Shown: positions 10,924 to 20,496 of the stretch, piece by piece
Layout of the letters: every line of letters begins with the position of its first letter
Numbering within the stretch: the first letter of the stretch is position 1
Assembly: GCF_000015585.1 (NCBI RefSeq)
Contig: NC_008789.1
Location: forward strand, 750,001-782,000
Direction of reading: 5' to 3'
Source of the DNA: Halorhodospira halophila SL1
Lineage (GTDB): Bacteria > Pseudomonadota > Gammaproteobacteria > Nitrococcales > Halorhodospiraceae
Length of the DNA stretch: 32,000 bases
Program-made: the position numbers and the translations under genes
Notes under the pieces: model-generated
Seen by the model: only the letters and a program-made list of their open reading frames with translations
Database searches by the model: none
Told to the model about the DNA's origin: nothing

Positions 10924-11001
10924 CCTTTCCTCTTCCTCCTCCGAGCCGCGCAGCGGCCGCCTCCGGACCGCACGCGCCGAGATGCTACCTGGGATCCCGA
11001 C

Positions 11002-11475
11002 GTGAGCCAAACGCCCCCCGATGCCCTGAGCCGAGTCCTTCGCGGCGGCCGTGTCTTCTCGAGCTTTGCCCTGCGGATCGGGGCGATCCTCTACGATCTG
11101 CTGCTGGTGGTGTCCATCGTCTTCATTGGCAGCGCGGTCTTTCTGCCGGTTTCCGGCGGTGAGGCGCCGGCGCCGGGGACGTGGACCTCGGTGGCCTATC
11201 AGCTCTATCTGCTGGCGCTGGTCTATCTCTTTTTTGTGCTCTTCTGGACGCGCGGCGGCCGGACATTGGGGATGCTGGCGTGGCGGCTGCGGGTGGTCAA
11301 TGCCGGGGGTACGCCACCGACACTCGGGCAGGCCAGTGTGCGTTTTGCGGCGGCGGGGCTCTCCTGGGCGTTGTTGGGCCTGGGGTTTGTGTGGGCGCTG
11401 TTCGATGCCGAGCATCGGGCGCTGCACGACCGCCTGGCAGGGACCTGGCTGATCCGCGAGCCCGACGAGGGTTGA
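11002..11475 (+). CDS. RDD-family integral membrane protein
   Basis: Translation from the in-frame GTG at 11002 gives 157 aa. It has hydrophobic segments (FALRIGAILYDLLLVVSIVFIGSAVFL, YQLYLLALVYLFFVLFW, LSWALLGLGFVWALF) and the RDD-type core GRTLGMLAWRLRVV with tail ALHDRLAGTWLI. The listed ORF start (TTG at 10912) lies inside the tRNA and is rejected. Confidence 0.75.
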   Translation: MSQTPPDALSRVLRGGRVFSSFALRIGAILYDLLLVVSIVFIGSAVFLPVSGGEAPAPGTWTSVAYQLYLLALVYLFFVLFWTRGGRTLGMLAWRLRVVNAGGTPPTLGQASVRFAAAGLSWALLGLGFVWALFDAEHRALHDRLAGTWLIREPDEG

Positions 11476-11511
11476 GGCGGAGCTGGGGCTGACGACCCTC
11501 GGTTGGTGCCC

Positions 11512-11737
11512 GCGCCTTTGGGCGGGTGGGGGTCCGGGCGCCCTTCTGGGCGCGCCGAGCGGCGCAGCCCGAGCGGGGAAAAGCGCCGACGCCAGGCGTC
11601 GGCGCTTTTAGCGAGGTTTTGTCCGAGCGAAGCGTCAGCGGAGCGAGTTAAGCGAGCGACCCGCTCCGGCGAGCCGCGCAGGGGACCGCGAAGCGGCGCG
11701 CACAGCGGCGCCCGGGCCCCCAACCGCCCAAAGGCGC
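11512..11737. repeat. MITE/REP-like palindromic element with 31-nt terminal inverted repeats (29/31 match) flanking about 164 nt
   Basis: The left arm at 11512-11542 is GCGCCTTTGGGCGGGTGGGGGTCCGGGCGCC. The reverse complement of 11707-11737 is GCGCCTTTGGGCGGTTGGGGGCCCGGGCGCC. The interior is also partly self-complementary and rich in GAGCG motifs. The element lies in the convergent RDD/lptG intergenic region. Confidence 0.6.
11579..11609. terminator. Bidirectional rho-independent terminator
   Basis: The sequence AAAAGCGCCGACGCCAGGCGTCGGCGCTTTT has a GC-rich stem of about 10 bp (GCGCCGACGC/GCGTCGGCGC) and a 3-5 nt loop. It is flanked by AAAA on one side and TTTT on the other. It sits between the convergent RDD gene (ends 11475) and lptG (ends 11776). 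Confidence 0.8.
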
Positions 11738-11775
11738 CGGCAGACCCAGCGGCGCCAATACCCGACAGCAACCCG

Positions 11776-12828
11776 CTACCGAACGCGCAGCGTCCCCCAC
11801 AGCCCCAACGCCGCAAACGCCACCACCGGCAACAGCGCCGACAGCGACGGCGGCACCCCATAGACCACCCCCGCCTGCCCCAGCGCCCGATTGAGCAAGA
11901 AAAACGCCACCCCCACCAGCACCCCGATCACGATCCGCTGCCCGGCCCCCGACGAACGGACCGCCGTGAACACCAACGGGATCGTCACCAACAGCATCGC
12001 CAGCGTCGCCAACGGCGTCGCCACCTTCTCCCACAGGGCCAACCGATACGGCCCGCTGTCGAGCTCATTGGCATCGAGATACTGGATATACGTCCACAGC
12101 TCCGGAACCGGCAGCGTCGATGGATCCGCCACCACCACCGCCAGCACATCCGGGCTCAGCGCCCCCTGCCACGCCCACGCCTCCAGCTCCCGGCGCTCCA
12201 GCCGGTGATCGGCGTAGACCGTCTTGACCACCCCCTCGAGCCGCCACTGGCCATCCTCGTAGTGGGCCCCGTCGGCGTCGATGCGCTCGGTCAGCTGGCC
12301 CTCGACAAAGCGGTAGAGCGTCACCGACTCCAGATGGGAGGCCGAGCGGGGGCGCTCGGCGCGCAGGAAGTCCCGGCCGTCGCGGGCCCACAGGGCGCCA
12401 TCCGGGCCGGTGCGCAGCTCGTCGGCCTCGGACAGGCCGCGCACCGCGGCGGCCTGGCGCTCTGCCGGGGGCACCACCAGCTCGCCCACCGCCGTGGCCA
12501 GCAGGGCGAGGATCACCCCGCCGACCAGCACCGCGCCGGCGATCTGCACCACCGACACCCCGGCGGCGCGCATGGCGGTCAGCTCCTGCCGCGCGGCCAG
12601 ACCGCCGAGCCCCATCAGCGCGCCGATGAGCGTGGCGAAGGGGAAGGCCTCGTAGGCCAGCGCCGGGGCGCCGAGCAGCGCCTTGAGCAGCATCGTGGTG
12701 GTGTCCAGGCCGTCGTCGGCAACGCCGTCGACCATGCTGAAGACGAAATCCAGGGCGAGGATCGCGGCCAGCGCCACCAGCGACGCCGCGATGACCGTCC
12801 GCGCCAGGTAGCCGGTGAGGATGCGCAT
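11776..12828 (-). CDS. lptG: LPS export ABC transporter permease LptG
   Basis: Translation from the ATG at 12828 gives 350 aa, starting MRILTGYLARTVIAASLVALAAILALDFVF. The layout is the YjgP/YjgQ permease type: N-terminal TMs, a periplasmic beta-jellyroll region and C-terminal TMs. The start overlaps the lptF stop by 1 nt (TGATG). The lptF-lptG pair is divergent from pepA, as in E. coli. Confidence 0.9.
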   Translation of the reverse strand: MRILTGYLARTVIAASLVALAAILALDFVFSMVDGVADDGLDTTTMLLKALLGAPALAYEAFPFATLIGALMGLGGLAARQELTAMRAAGVSVVQIAGAVLVGGVILALLATAVGELVVPPAERQAAAVRGLSEADELRTGPDGALWARDGRDFLRAERPRSASHLESVTLYRFVEGQLTERIDADGAHYEDGQWRLEGVVKTVYADHRLERRELEAWAWQGALSPDVLAVVVADPSTLPVPELWTYIQYLDANELDSGPYRLALWEKVATPLATLAMLLVTIPLVFTAVRSSGAGQRIVIGVLVGVAFFLLNRALGQAGVVYGVPPSLSALLPVVAFAALGLWGTLRVR

Positions 12829-13946
12829 CAGCCGGCCCTCCGGCCGGCAGGCCGCCGCCACCACCCCGGCACCACCCCGAAGCGCCGGCGGGTCCACAGC
12901 ACCACGGCCACCCCGGCCAGGAGGTGGACCCACCACAGCCCCAGGGGCGCCGGCACGATGCCCGCCTCCAGCCACTCACGACCGCTGCTCAGCAGCTGGA
13001 AGTAGGCCACGAAGACCAGCACCGCGCTGAGCAGCTTGCCGTAGCGGCCATCCCGGGGCTCGGCCTTGGCCAGCGGCACCGCCAGCAGGCTCAGCACCAC
13101 CACCATCACCGGCATGGACAGCCGCCACTCGATCTCGGCCCGATCCTGCAAACCACCGGCGGCCCACAGCTCCGCCGTCGGCGTGCCCTCGCGGTCGCGA
13201 CTGACCTCCCGCGGCTCCCGGGTGTCGATCAACAGGCCGTGGCGGTCGAAGTCGGTCACCCGCCAGTCCAGCTGCCCCGGATGGCCGTCGTAGCGGTGCC
13301 CGTCCTCGAAGACGAAGAAGCGCTGCCCGGTCTCCGGATCGATCAGCTGCCGGCCGCGGTCGGCGCGGATCACGGTCTCCAGCTCCCCGTCGCGGGCGTG
13401 GGCGAAGACCTCGCGCAGCACGCCGTCACCGTCGGTGCGGCTGGCGTAGACGGTGCCGGCGTCCCCGCCACCGATGAACCGCCCCGCCTGCAGGGCACCG
13501 AGATCGGCGGTGCGCGCCGCCTGCTCGGCGTAGACGTCGGCGGTGTGCGAGGCCCACGGCGCGGCCACGGTGGACAGCGCCCCCACGCCCACCGCCACCG
13601 GCAGCGCCAGCAGCAGCAGACCGCGCATCTGCCGCGCGGGACCGACGCCGCAGGCGGCGAGCACGGGCAGCTCGCTGTCGCGGTAGAGCCGCCCCAGGGC
13701 CAGGACGATGCCGAGGAACAGCGCGGCCGGGATCACCACCCCCAGATAGCGCAGGATCTGCAGCCCCATGAGCGCGGCCACCGCCTCGCCGGGCAGATCC
13801 CCGCCGGCGGCATCGGCCAGGTAGTCGATGAGCTGGTTCGCCGACAGGACCGCAAAGAGCACGGCGAGCACGGCCAGGGCCGCCCCGGCCGCCTCGCGGA
13901 CCAGATAGCGATCGATGATGCTCAGACCCAAGGGTGACGGCCCCAT
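12828..13946 (-). CDS. lptF: LPS export ABC transporter permease LptF
   Basis: The N-terminus MGPSPLGLSIIDRYLVREAAGAALAVLAVLFAVL matches the LptF type (IIDRYL). The architecture is the YjgP/YjgQ type. The start is taken at the ATG at 13946, with a TTG at 13931 as an alternative. The upstream part of the listed 428-aa ORF is not supported. Confidence 0.88.
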   Translation of the reverse strand: MGPSPLGLSIIDRYLVREAAGAALAVLAVLFAVLSANQLIDYLADAAGGDLPGEAVAALMGLQILRYLGVVIPAALFLGIVLALGRLYRDSELPVLAACGVGPARQMRGLLLLALPVAVGVGALSTVAAPWASHTADVYAEQAARTADLGALQAGRFIGGGDAGTVYASRTDGDGVLREVFAHARDGELETVIRADRGRQLIDPETGQRFFVFEDGHRYDGHPGQLDWRVTDFDRHGLLIDTREPREVSRDREGTPTAELWAAGGLQDRAEIEWRLSMPVMVVVLSLLAVPLAKAEPRDGRYGKLLSAVLVFVAYFQLLSSGREWLEAGIVPAPLGLWWVHLLAGVAVVLWTRRRFGVVPGWWRRPAGRRAG

Positions 13947-14070
13947 CCCCGGCGTGCGCTGCAAAAAAGCGCCGCATTTCCGTAGACTGTGCGCCTGCGC
14001 AAGACAACCGACGCAGCGCGGCCGAGCATAACCGAGCCAGCGCGCGGTGACGAGGGCACGGGAGGCTTCC

Positions 14071-15570
14071 ATGGAGCTCAAGACCAAAAGCGGGGATCCG
14101 GCGCGGCAGCGCACCGCCTGTGTCGTGGTGGGCGTCTACGAGCGCCGACGGATGAGCGAGGCGGCGCGGGCCGTCGACGCCGCCAGTGACGGTTACCTGA
14201 GCCATCTGCTGCGCCGGGGCGACCTTGAAGGCGAGGCCGGGCAGACCCTGCTACTGCCCGACTGCCCCGGGGTGCGCACCGATCGCGTACTGCTCGTCGG
14301 CTGCGGGCGCGAGCGCGACTTCAACGAGCGCACCTACCGCAAGGCCGTCACCGCGGCGGCCCGCGCGCTGGAGCAGGCGGGCACCGGCGAGGCGATCCTG
14401 TTCCTGCCCGAGCTACCCGTCCGCGGCCGCGACGTGGCCTGGCGCGTGGCCGCCACCGCCGAGATCCTCGAGACCACGCTCTACCGCTTCGACACCTACA
14501 AGAGCGACCCGCGCCCGCCGCGCCGCCCGCTGCGCCAGGCCACCCTGGCCGTCCCGCGGCGTGCCGACCTGCGCCGCGCCCAGCCGGCGCTCACCCTGGG
14601 CCAGGCCGCCGGCCGCGGCGCCAACTTCTCCCGCGACCTGGGCAACACCCCGGCCAACATCTGCACCCCCGGCTACCTGGGGGAACAGGCCGAGGCCCTG
14701 GCCCAGCGCTTCGACGGCGTGCGCGCCGAGATCCTCGGTCCGGCGGAACTCGAAGAGCAGGGCCTGGCGGCCCTGCTGGCCGTGGCCCGCGGCGCCGAGG
14801 CGCCGCCCCGGCTGGTGGTGCTGCACTACCGCGGCGCCGACGACGACCAGGCCCCGGTGGCCCTGGTGGGCAAGGGCATCACCTTCGACAGCGGCGGCAT
14901 CTCCATCAAGCCGTCGGCGAGCATGGACGAGATGAAGTACGACATGTCCGGCGCCGCCGCGGTCTTCGGCGCCGTCCACGCCGCCGCCGAGGCGCAGCTG
15001 CCGCTGAACCTGGTGGCCGTCATCCCGGCCACCGAGAACATGCCCGATGGCCGCGCCACCCGCCCCGGGGACATCATCGACAGCCTCGACGGGCAGCGCA
15101 TCGAGGTCCTCAACACCGACGCCGAAGGCCGCCTGGTGCTGGCCGACGGCCTCGCCTACGCCCGCCGCCTGGAGCCGAGCGAGGTGGTCGACGTAGCCAC
15201 CCTGACCGGCGCGGCCATCATCGGCCTCGGCCACCACCGCCACGCGGTGATGGGCAACGCCCCGGGGCTGGTGCGCGACCTGCTCCAGGCCGGCGAGCGC
15301 GCCGCCGACCGCGGCTGGGAGCTGCCCCTGGACGAAGAGTACGATGAGCAGCTGCGCTCGCCCTTCGCCGACGTGGCCAATATCGGCGGACAGCCGGCGG
15401 GCACCATCACCGCTGGCTGCTTCCTGCAGCGCTTCGCCCGCGGGCTGCGCTGGGCGCACCTGGACATCGCCGGCACCGCCTGGAAGAGCGGCGAGCACAA
15501 GGGCGCCACCGGGCGGCCGGTTCCCCTGCTCACCCACTTCCTCGCCGGCCGCGCCGGCTGGACGCTGTGA
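14071..15570 (+). CDS. pepA: Leucyl aminopeptidase PepA (M17 family)
   Basis: The ATG at 14071 is preceded by GGGAGG. The motifs VGKGITFDSGGISIKP, MKYDMSGAAAV and NTDAEGRLVLAD are M17 signatures. The pepA-holC-valS order matches E. coli. Confidence 0.96.
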   Translation: MELKTKSGDPARQRTACVVVGVYERRRMSEAARAVDAASDGYLSHLLRRGDLEGEAGQTLLLPDCPGVRTDRVLLVGCGRERDFNERTYRKAVTAAARALEQAGTGEAILFLPELPVRGRDVAWRVAATAEILETTLYRFDTYKSDPRPPRRPLRQATLAVPRRADLRRAQPALTLGQAAGRGANFSRDLGNTPANICTPGYLGEQAEALAQRFDGVRAEILGPAELEEQGLAALLAVARGAEAPPRLVVLHYRGADDDQAPVALVGKGITFDSGGISIKPSASMDEMKYDMSGAAAVFGAVHAAAEAQLPLNLVAVIPATENMPDGRATRPGDIIDSLDGQRIEVLNTDAEGRLVLADGLAYARRLEPSEVVDVATLTGAAIIGLGHHRHAVMGNAPGLVRDLLQAGERAADRGWELPLDEEYDEQLRSPFADVANIGGQPAGTITAGCFLQRFARGLRWAHLDIAGTAWKSGEHKGATGRPVPLLTHFLAGRAGWTL

Positions 15571-15998
15571 GCCGGGTGGATTTCTACATCCTCGACGGCC
15601 CCGGCGAGGCGCCACGGGAGCGTTTCGCCTGCCGGCTGGCCGAGAAGGCGTACGAGAACGGCTACGGCGTGCTGCTTCTGACCGAGGACGATGAACAGAC
15701 CGAGCGCCTCGACGCCCTGCTCTGGACCTTCCGCCAGGGCAGCTTCGTCCCCCACGCCACCCTCGCCGCCCGGGACGGCGAGCCGGTGGCGGTGGGCGGC
15801 GACGAGCACGCCGCCGACGACGCCGTACTGATCAACCTCACCGACCGCACCCCGGCCACCTGGCAGGCCCGCCAGCGGATCGCCGAGGTAGTCGACCAGC
15901 GCGAGGCGGTGCTGCGCGCCAGCCGCCAGCGCTACCGCATCTACAAAGAGGCCGGCTGCGAGCCGCACACCCACCGCATCGAGGAGGGGCGCCGATGA
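15567..15998 (+). CDS. holC: DNA polymerase III subunit chi HolC
   Basis: This 143-aa ORF reads VDFYILDGPGEAPRERFACRLAEKAYENGYGVLLLTEDDEQTERLDALLWTFRQGSFVPHA, which is the chi-subunit pattern. Its GTG start overlaps the pepA stop (GTGA). Confidence 0.92.
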   Translation: MSRVDFYILDGPGEAPRERFACRLAEKAYENGYGVLLLTEDDEQTERLDALLWTFRQGSFVPHATLAARDGEPVAVGGDEHAADDAVLINLTDRTPATWQARQRIAEVVDQREAVLRASRQRYRIYKEAGCEPHTHRIEEGRR

Positions 15999-16477
15999 AC
16001 TCGCCCGACGACCAGCCGCAACCGCCGCTGCTCTACGACGTCGTCATCCCCGGCGAGCAAGTGCGCGCCGACGGCGGCCCGTGGCTGCGCCCCGAGGGCG
16101 ACGGCGGGGACGCCCCGGACCCGCCGCAGCCGCCCTTCACCAAAGAGGCGTCGACACCCGCCGGCCCGGCGGCGCAACCCGGCGAGACCGGTTCAGGCCG
16201 CCCCGCCGCAGACGCCGACGCGGCCCAGCGCGCCGAGATCGAACGCGAGGCCACCCGGGCCCTGGCCCGACACCTGCGCAGCGAGCTCGAGCGCCGCCTG
16301 CCCGAGGCCTTGCGCGAGGCCGAGGCGCCCATCCGCAAAGCGGTGGATGACGCCCTGATCGACGCCGTGGCGGCCAGCCGCCGTCAGCAGACGCCGGAGA
16401 CGACCGACACCCCCGGCACACCCGACAACGCCCCCGGGGCGGACACCCACACGAACCAACCCGCACCGAATCGTTAA
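15995..16477 (+). CDS. Hypothetical protein with a Pro/Asp-rich N-terminus, a central Arg/Glu-rich predicted helix and a Thr/Pro-rich tail
   Basis: This 160-aa ORF has an ATG overlapping the holC stop (ATGA). Third codon positions are strongly G/C-biased in this frame, as in neighbouring real genes. It fills the holC-valS gap exactly. I recognise no family for it. Confidence 0.6.
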   Translation: MNSPDDQPQPPLLYDVVIPGEQVRADGGPWLRPEGDGGDAPDPPQPPFTKEASTPAGPAAQPGETGSGRPAADADAAQRAEIEREATRALARHLRSELERRLPEALREAEAPIRKAVDDALIDAVAASRRQQTPETTDTPGTPDNAPGADTHTNQPAPNR

Positions 16478-16490
16478 GAACGAGGCCCTG

Positions 16491-19244
16491 ATGGAGAAGA
16501 CGTACGACCCGAGCGCAATCGAGTCCCGACTCTACGAGCTCTGGGAGCAGGGCGGCCACTTCGCCCCCTCCGGCGAGGGCAGCCCGTACTGCATCATGAT
16601 CCCGCCGCCGAACGTCACCGGCACCCTGCACATGGGGCACGCCTTCCAGGACACGGTGATGGACGCCCTGGTGCGCTACCACCGCATGGACGGCCACAAC
16701 ACCCTCTGGCAGCCGGGCACCGACCACGCCGGGATCGCCACGCAGATGGTCGTCGAGCGCCAGCTCGAGGCCGAGGGGCTGAGCCGCCACGACCTGGGCC
16801 GCGAGCGCTTCCTGGAGCGAGTCTGGCAGTGGAAGGCCGAATCCGGCGGCACCATCCAGAACCAGCTGCGGCGCATGGGCGCCTCGGTGGACTGGCGCCG
16901 CGAGCGCTTCACCATGGACGAGGGCCTCTCCGAGGCGGTTACCGAGGTCTTCGTACGCCTCTACGAGGAGGATCTGCTCTACCGCGGCGAGCGCCTGGTC
17001 AACTGGGATCCGGTGCTGCACACCGCCGTCTCGGACCTGGAGGTGGTCTCCGCCGAGGAGCAGGGCCACATCTGGCACATGGTCTACCCGCTGGCCGACG
17101 GCAGCGGCTCGGTGGTGGTGGCCACCACCCGGCCGGAGACCATGCTCGGCGACACCGCCGTGGCCGTTAACCCGGAGGACGAGCGCTACACCCATCTGAT
17201 CGGCAAGAGCGTGCGCCTGCCCCTGGTCGGCCGCGAGATCCCGATCATCGGCGACGACTACGTCGACCCGAGCTTCGGCAGCGGCTGCCTGAAGATCACC
17301 CCGGCCCACGACTTCAACGACTTCGCCGTCGGCGAGCGCCACGACCTGCCGCGGATCAACGTCCTCACCGAGGACGCCCGCATCAACACCAACGCCCCGG
17401 AGCGCTACCAGGGGCTGGACCGCTACGAGGCCCGCAAGCAGATCGTCGAGGACCTGCGCACCGAGGGCCTTCTGCAGCAGGTCGAGGACCACAAACTGAT
17501 GGTCCCGCGCGGCGACCGCAGCGGCGCCGTCATTGAGCCGTACCTGACCTGGCAGTGGTTCGTGCGCGCCGAGCCGCTGGCCCGCCCGGCCATCGAGGCC
17601 GTCGAGGACGGGCGCATCCGCTTCATCCCCGGCAACTGGGACAAGACCTACTACGAGTGGCTGCGCAACATCGAGGACTGGTGCATCTCGCGGCAGATCT
17701 GGTGGGGCCACCGCATCCCGGCCTGGTACGACGAGCAGGGCCACGTCTACGTGGGCCGCTCCGAGGCCGAGGTCCGCGAGCGCCACGGCCTGGGCGACGC
17801 GCCGCTGACCCGCGACGACGATGTCCTCGACACCTGGTTCTCGTCGGCCCTGTGGCCCTTCTCCACCCTGGGCTGGCCCGAGCAGACCGATGCCCTGCGC
17901 ACCTTCTACCCGACCTCGGTGCTGGTCACCGGCTTCGACATCATCTTCTTCTGGGTCGCCCGGATGATCATGTTCGGGCTGCACTTCATGGGCGAGGTAC
18001 CGTTCCGCGAGATCTACATCCACGGCCTGGTGCGCGACCCCGAAGGGCAGAAGATGTCCAAATCCAAGGGCAACGTCCTCGACCCGCTGGACATCGTCGA
18101 CGGCATCGATCTGGAATCCCTCGTCACCAAACGCACCGCCGATATGATGCAGCCGCAGCTGGCTGAGCGCATCGAGGCCATGACCCGCCGCCACTACCCG
18201 GACGGCATCAAGGCCCACGGCACCGACGCCCTGCGCTTTACCTTCGCCTCGCTGGCGACCACCGGGCGGGACGTGGTCTTCGACCTCGGCCGGGTCGAGG
18301 GCTACCGCAACTTCTGCAACAAGCTCTGGAACGCCGCCCGCTACGTGCTGATGAACACCGAGGGCGCCGACTGCGGCAGCGGCGGGCCGGTGGAGCTGGG
18401 CGCCGCCGAGCGCTGGATCCGCTCGCGACTGGATCGCACCGTCGCCGAGGTCCGCCAGGCCTTCGCCGACTACCGCCTGGACCAGGCGGCGCAGGCCATC
18501 TACGAGTTCACCTGGGACGAGTACTGCGACTGGTACCTGGAGCTCTCCAAGCCGGCCCTGCGCGAGGGCACCGCGGCCCAGGCCCGCGGCACCCGGCAGA
18601 CGCTGATCCAGGTCCTCGAGGAGCTGCTGCGCCTGACCCACCCGCTGATGCCGTTCATCACCGAGGCGATCTGGCAGCGCGTCGCCCCGGTCGCCGGTGC
18701 CCAGGGCGAGACGATCATGCGCCAGCCCTTCCCGGCGGCGGATGCGCAGCGGCGCGACGCCACCGCCGAGGCCGAGATCGACTGGGTCCAGCGGGTCATC
18801 CTCGGCGTGCGGCGCATCCGCGGCGAGATGGACATCTCGCCGAGCCAGCCGGTGCCGGTGCTGCTGCGCCACGCCGGCGAACAGGACCGGGCGCGACTCG
18901 CCGAGCACCAGGGCTTCGTCACCACCCTCGCCCGGCTGGAGTCGATCCGGGTGCTGGAGGCCGACGAGCAGCCGCCGGAGTCGGCCCTCGCCCTGGCCGG
19001 CGAGATGGAGGTCCTGGTGCCCATGGCCGGCCTGGTCGACAAGGAGGCCGAGCTCGCCCGCCTGGCCAAGGAGCGGACGCGGCTCGAGGGCGAGATCGAG
19101 CGCGCCGAGAAGAAACTCGGCAACGAGAGCTTCGTCGCCAAGGCCCCGGCCGAGGTGGTGGACAAGGAGCGCGCGAAGCTCAACGAGGCGCAGCAGGCCC
19201 TGGAGAAGGTCGCCGAACAAGAGCGGCGGGTGGAGGCGCTCTAA
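16491..19244 (+). CDS. valS: Valine--tRNA ligase ValS
   Basis: This 917-aa ORF has the class I motifs [14 protein letters not shown] (HIGH) and KMSKSKGN (KMSKS), the CP1 editing domain [17 protein letters not shown] and a C-terminal coiled coil. Confidence 0.98.
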   Translation: MEKTYDPSAIESRLYELWEQGGHFAPSGEGSPYCIMIPPPNVTGTLHMGHAFQDTVMDALVRYHRMDGHNTLWQPGTDHAGIATQMVVERQLEAEGLSRHDLGRERFLERVWQWKAESGGTIQNQLRRMGASVDWRRERFTMDEGLSEAVTEVFVRLYEEDLLYRGERLVNWDPVLHTAVSDLEVVSAEEQGHIWHMVYPLADGSGSVVVATTRPETMLGDTAVAVNPEDERYTHLIGKSVRLPLVGREIPIIGDDYVDPSFGSGCLKITPAHDFNDFAVGERHDLPRINVLTEDARINTNAPERYQGLDRYEARKQIVEDLRTEGLLQQVEDHKLMVPRGDRSGAVIEPYLTWQWFVRAEPLARPAIEAVEDGRIRFIPGNWDKTYYEWLRNIEDWCISRQIWWGHRIPAWYDEQGHVYVGRSEAEVRERHGLGDAPLTRDDDVLDTWFSSALWPFSTLGWPEQTDALRTFYPTSVLVTGFDIIFFWVARMIMFGLHFMGEVPFREIYIHGLVRDPEGQKMSKSKGNVLDPLDIVDGIDLESLVTKRTADMMQPQLAERIEAMTRRHYPDGIKAHGTDALRFTFASLATTGRDVVFDLGRVEGYRNFCNKLWNAARYVLMNTEGADCGSGGPVELGAAERWIRSRLDRTVAEVRQAFADYRLDQAAQAIYEFTWDEYCDWYLELSKPALREGTAAQARGTRQTLIQVLEELLRLTHPLMPFITEAIWQRVAPVAGAQGETIMRQPFPAADAQRRDATAEAEIDWVQRVILGVRRIRGEMDISPSQPVPVLLRHAGEQDRARLAEHQGFVTTLARLESIRVLEADEQPPESALALAGEMEVLVPMAGLVDKEAELARLAKERTRLEGEIERAEKKLGNESFVAKAPAEVVDKERAKLNEAQQALEKVAEQERRVEAL

Positions 19245-19266
19245 GTAATCAATTGCGGATCGCCGT

Positions 19267-19294
19267 GCCGTGCCCTGCCATCACAGGGTGCGGC
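19267..19294. terminator. Hairpin at the convergent valS/hepT ends (weak terminator candidate)
   Basis: GCCGTGCCCTG-CCATCA-CAGGGTGCGGC forms an 11-bp stem that includes two G-U pairs. There is no adjacent U-tract in either direction, and the right arm overlaps the last hepT codons. Confidence 0.25.
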
Positions 19295-19640
19295 ACTGCT
19301 CTCTCAAGGCCTCAAGCTCCCTCAGCAACTCGGGGATCTCCTCCCGGACAATGCTCCAGACCGTTTCCTGGTCAATGCCAAGGTAACCGTGGATCAGCCT
19401 GTTCCGCGTCGCAATGATCATGCGCCAAGGGATCTTTGGCGATGAAGACCGAACCTGCTCCGGGATATGCGTGGCCGCCTCGCCGATCAGCTCCAGGTTA
19501 CGGAGGGTGGCATCATAGACCAGTTCGTTCGCCACGAAACTAGCGAAATCTAGGCCATCCGTGTAAGCCTGCACCTTATTGGCAAACCGGATCATGTCAT
19601 CCAAGTAAAATGACCATTGCCTTGCACCGGGTTCAGACAT
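19281..19640 (-). CDS. hepT: HepT-like (DUF86) ribonuclease toxin of a type VII toxin-antitoxin pair
   Basis: This 119-aa ORF contains the R-x4-H-x-Y catalytic motif (RNRLIHGY). It overlaps the upstream nucleotidyltransferase gene by 8 nt. Local GC is about 57% against a backbone above 70% (hand count of 19381-19440). Confidence 0.85.
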   Translation of the reverse strand: MSEPGARQWSFYLDDMIRFANKVQAYTDGLDFASFVANELVYDATLRNLELIGEAATHIPEQVRSSSPKIPWRMIIATRNRLIHGYLGIDQETVWSIVREEIPELLRELEALREQCRTL

Positions 19641-19923
19641 TGATGCGCTCCTGCTCGATGTAAGGGCGCAGCTCCCGGCGCAAAGCCTGCTCAGTCACCA
19701 AGTCCACCGGGCATCCCAGCAAATCCTCGAGGTAGAATTGCACCCCGAAGTAGCGCCGGGAGGTGGCAGGTCCGTTGAACGCGACAAGCACGTCAACGTC
19801 GCTCCCCTCAGTAGCCGTTCCCCTCGCCGTGGAGCCGAACAGCGCTAACCGCTCGACACCAAATCGCTCCCGCAACTCCGGCAAACTGCGACCAAGCAGG
19901 AACAATACTTCGTCTCGATCCAT
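19633..19923 (-). CDS. mntA: MntA-like minimal nucleotidyltransferase antitoxin
   Basis: This 96-aa ORF has the motif LALFGSTARGTATEGSDVDVLV (GSxxRG...DxD, the pol-beta superfamily NTase signature). It lies immediately upstream of, and overlaps, the DUF86 gene. Confidence 0.85.
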   Translation of the reverse strand: MDRDEVLFLLGRSLPELRERFGVERLALFGSTARGTATEGSDVDVLVAFNGPATSRRYFGVQFYLEDLLGCPVDLVTEQALRRELRPYIEQERINV

Positions 19924-19984
19924 AGCCGCGTCCTCAGCGGTTCATCGACCCATCATCCTGTCACGAGCCGAAGCCGGCAAGGCC

Positions 19985-20458
19985 TCAAGGCGTATTCCAG
20001 CCAGGCAGAATGACCCTTGCCATGATCAGCGCATCCTCACGACCGGAGGCGGCCGGATAGTAGTCCGGCCGCCGGCCCACCTCGTGGAAGCCGTGGCGCT
20101 CGTAGAGGGCGATGGCGGCCGTATTGGACGGGCGCACCTCAAGGAAGAGATTCTCGGCCTGCATGACCTCGGCCCGCTCGACGGCCACGGCGATCAAGTG
20201 GCTCGCGATACCGTGCCGGCGCCAGTCCGGGTCGACGCAGATGTTGAGGATGGTGCCCTCGCCGGCGGCGCAGCTGACCACCAGATAACCGAGGATCTCC
20301 CGCCCCTGCTGCTGGACGAAGCAGCCGTAGCCCGCCGACATGCAGTCACGGAAGATGTGCCCACTCCAGGGGTAGGCCACCGAGCGCTGCTCGATGGCGA
20401 GCACGGTGGGGAGGTCTTCGTAGGTCATCGGCCGGGCTCTGCCGATCGAATCCGCCAT
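19985..20458 (-). CDS. rimI: Ribosomal-protein-alanine N-acetyltransferase RimI (GNAT)
   Basis: LPTVLAIEQRSVAYPWS, ILNICVDPDWRRHGIASHLI, LFLEVRPSNTAAIALYERHGF and RRPDYYPAASGREDALIMA are collinear with E. coli RimI. The start could be the ATG at 20458 or the one at 20428. Confidence 0.9.
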   Translation of the reverse strand: MADSIGRARPMTYEDLPTVLAIEQRSVAYPWSGHIFRDCMSAGYGCFVQQQGREILGYLVVSCAAGEGTILNICVDPDWRRHGIASHLIAVAVERAEVMQAENLFLEVRPSNTAAIALYERHGFHEVGRRPDYYPAASGREDALIMARVILPGWNTP

Positions 20459-20496
20459 GGCTGTGTCTTTCTTGTGGTTGTTCAGCCCCGGCGCTG

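Noticed and set aside
10912-11001. A TTG start of the RDD-protein ORF lying inside the tRNA-Glu gene.
   Set aside because: A CDS starting within the tRNA 3' end is implausible. The in-frame GTG at 11002 precedes the first hydrophobic segment and is used instead.
16137-19220. A 1027-aa minus-strand ORF antisense to valS.
   Set aside because: valS on the plus strand has unambiguous HIGH and KMSKS motifs. The antisense translation is low-complexity (L/G/A/V/D/R) with no motifs, so it is a high-GC artefact.
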